A DNA stretch of 64,000 bases, from assembly GCA_002269645.1 (NCBI GenBank), contig NIVC01002793.1, positions 1 to 64,000 of the forward strand, given 5' to 3'. Every line of letters begins with the position of its first letter. The first letter of the stretch is position 1. The DNA is from Macrostomum lignano (Eukaryota). The notes below the pieces were generated by a model, which ran no database searches, had not been told where the DNA came from, and was given only the letters and a program-made list of their open reading frames with translations. This document shows positions 62,221 through 64,000 of this stretch, one piece after another. The position numbers and the translations under genes were made by a program.

Positions 62221-62935
62221 TCATTGTGCATTTCTCGTTGTCCTTCTCGTTGTCCTTCTTTCCACATAATGTTGAAGAACTTTCTCGAGTTCATTTCTCA
62301 GCTGACTCATGTCATCAGTACCGACCATGTTCAAGTTCATTCGAATTGATTGTTCATAAAGATCCTGAATGGTTTTGAACTCATCCTCTGAAATGAACTT
62401 ATCCTCGATTGCCCTTGAAATGTACCCTATGATTGATGTGTGCACCCCTTTCTCTTTTACTTGCTTCTCCTGTAGCTGCTTTAGTTTTTTTCGCCTGTTT
62501 CGCGCTAATGCTCCAGTAATTGCTGAAATAAGTCCACATGCAGCACCACAGAGCCGAGCGGATTGCGATTGGGGCTGTGATGGCTGGCAACACTGAGACA
62601 GCTGCAGCAGACCCAGTTAGAACAGACACAGATCCTAGAATCATATTGCTGTAGTCAAAAAATTTACAGTGGCTGTCATAGCGCTTAATTTTCTTTGTGT
62701 TGTGGAAAATATTTTTTTCAAGATCATCGCGCATTTTTTGAATCTCCACCAGTCGAAACTGTTGAGAGTTACAAGTAATGACGGGGTAGAGTTTTTGTTG
62801 CTCATATTGGGGTGCATTCAGATTCGGTGCATTCAGGCTTTGTGTGTTCGAATTCGGTGCCATTGAGTTTGGTGCTGTCGGTATTTTAGGTTCAACGTAT
62901 TGAGACTGATCGTATAGAGAATTTTGTTGGGCCAT
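62221..62935 (-). pseudogene. Conserved Polinton/adintovirus membrane-type protein ('GasderminX'-like), one frameshift
   Basis: LYP...FRLVEIQKMRDDLE..KKIKRY, two small-residue hydrophobic segments, then KK..., ISRAIEDKFISEDEF; pattern recalled from Polinton ORFs. Confidence 0.55.
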
Positions 62936-63235
62936 TTTTTTCTCTAGAAAAAATAATAAAAAAATTATAAAACTATCCGGTTGAAAGATCTGTTTTCTTT
63001 TTGATAATTCCATCTGCACCGCCGGTTGTCTAGGCGGCTCTCGTGACGCCGGAGGATCGCGAGTCCAGCAGGCAGCGGCTGGGCGGCTGACGTTTGAGAG
63101 CGTGCCGGATTACTCCGGCGGGGTCCAGAGCTCCTTCTACTCGATCTGTAGACATGACCGGACGAGCAGCAGATTCTGCTTCATCAATAGCAATATCACG
63201 AAGATTGAGTGTTCTCTCCAGACGATTAAGCCTCC

Positions 63236-63838
63236 TTAGTATTTTACCCCAGAGCTATACATTCCGTTTAGATAGCTACTGTGTGATACATCCTTTCTCT
63301 TTAATGCTTCAAGTCTTTCTTTGATTCGATCATGCAACGATGTTGACTGAGTCATGAACTCTTCTAAATTCCTCACTTTACCTGTGTTGGTTGCGACGTT
63401 TTCTTTAATTCTATCATGCAACGCTGTTGACTGGTTCATGAACTCTTCTAAATTATTTACTTTAGCTGTGTTTGTGAAAACTCCTCCTTCGAGAATACGC
63501 ATCCGTCTATCAGTGGAATTTCCCAGAAGATTAACTGATGATCTCAAGCCGTTGATTAGCGAGACTATCGAAGTTATTTCTGACCTTAGTTCATTAGTTG
63601 CGTTTAACAACGGCACATAAAGCTTATCACTTTCAAACTTCTGCCTAGCTACTTTAAGCCTGAGATCTTCCATGTTGATTTGCAACTGGTGCATGGAGCG
63701 CTCTAGGGCTTTCAGTCTGTTTTTATTCAGTTTGATCTCTGGGATCTCTTCATCAATGTTAATGTAGCGCTTGTCAAGGAAGGAAGTTGTGAGAGTGCTG
63801 TTGCCTGTAGTTGACTCACCTGCAAAGTTTATCGACAT
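63236..63838 (-). CDS. Coiled-coil protein with a 27-aa internal repeat (possible fibre-like virion protein)
   Basis: Heptad-rich; TNTAKVNNLEEFMNQSTALHDRIKENV / TNTGKVRNLEEFMTQSTSLHDRIKERL. Confidence 0.55.
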   Translation of the reverse strand: MSINFAGESTTGNSTLTTSFLDKRYINIDEEIPEIKLNKNRLKALERSMHQLQINMEDLRLKVARQKFESDKLYVPLLNATNELRSEITSIVSLINGLRSSVNLLGNSTDRRMRILEGGVFTNTAKVNNLEEFMNQSTALHDRIKENVATNTGKVRNLEEFMTQSTSLHDRIKERLEALKRKDVSHSSYLNGMYSSGVKY

Positions 63839-63854
63839 CTTTTAATAGCAAATT

Positions 63855-64000
63855 TTAAATTACAGTTCTTTTTTCTTTGCTGATAATCACAAACTGGTAA
63901 GGCTGATTCCACTTGTCATAGCAAAGATTAACGAATTCCTCTTGTGAAATCTTTCTGCTTGAGTTTTTTGTTGGATTTATGAAATAGGCAGGCGCAATGA
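63855..64000 (-). CDS. Probable C-terminus of the A32-like packaging ATPase (partial)
   Basis: …QEEFVNLCYDKWNQPYQFVIISK* resembles the EEF...PY.F..ID tail of Polinton ATPases; the P-loop is outside the window. Confidence 0.45.
   Translation of the reverse strand, partial: IAPAYFINPTKNSSRKISQEEFVNLCYDKWNQPYQFVIISKEKRTVI

Larger units (their letters stand above)
53300..64000. mobile_element. Polinton/Maverick (adintovirus-like) element; left end approximate, runs off the window
   Basis: AT-rich, gene-dense block with rve integrase, protein-primed PolB, adenain-like protease, PLA2, pX-like and probable A32 ATPase tail. Capsid genes are not in the window. Confidence 0.92.

Overview
Eukaryotic (animal-like) genomic DNA with GT-AG introns, GC-rich exons and minisatellite-filled introns. 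It contains: (i) the 3' part of an axonemal inner-arm dynein heavy chain gene (DNAH12-like, 1-10729) with a tandem pair of equal-length, same-phase 141-nt exons (candidate mutually exclusive exons); (ii) two tandem 9-exon xanthine dehydrogenase-family genes (17597-24556, 40153-49561) that look homogenised by gene conversion except at two substrate-channel loops; (iii) an ~11 kb transposon nest between them, including an apparently intact Crypton-type tyrosine recombinase gene bounded by a 12-bp inverted repeat plus 4-bp direct repeat in a lox/att-like arrangement next to a recurring TGTCTATGG motif; (iv) three LOA/R1-like RNase H-bearing LINE copies with a conserved HDV-ribozyme-like core in the 5' UTR, plus piggyBac and gypsy relics; (v) from ~53.3 kb to the window end, a Polinton/Maverick (adintovirus-like) element with integrase, PLA2, pX-like, pPolB, protease, a spliced accessory gene and probably the end of the packaging ATPase. 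All alignments and counts were done by eye and no database searches were run. Reference-protein residue numbers are from recall and need checking.
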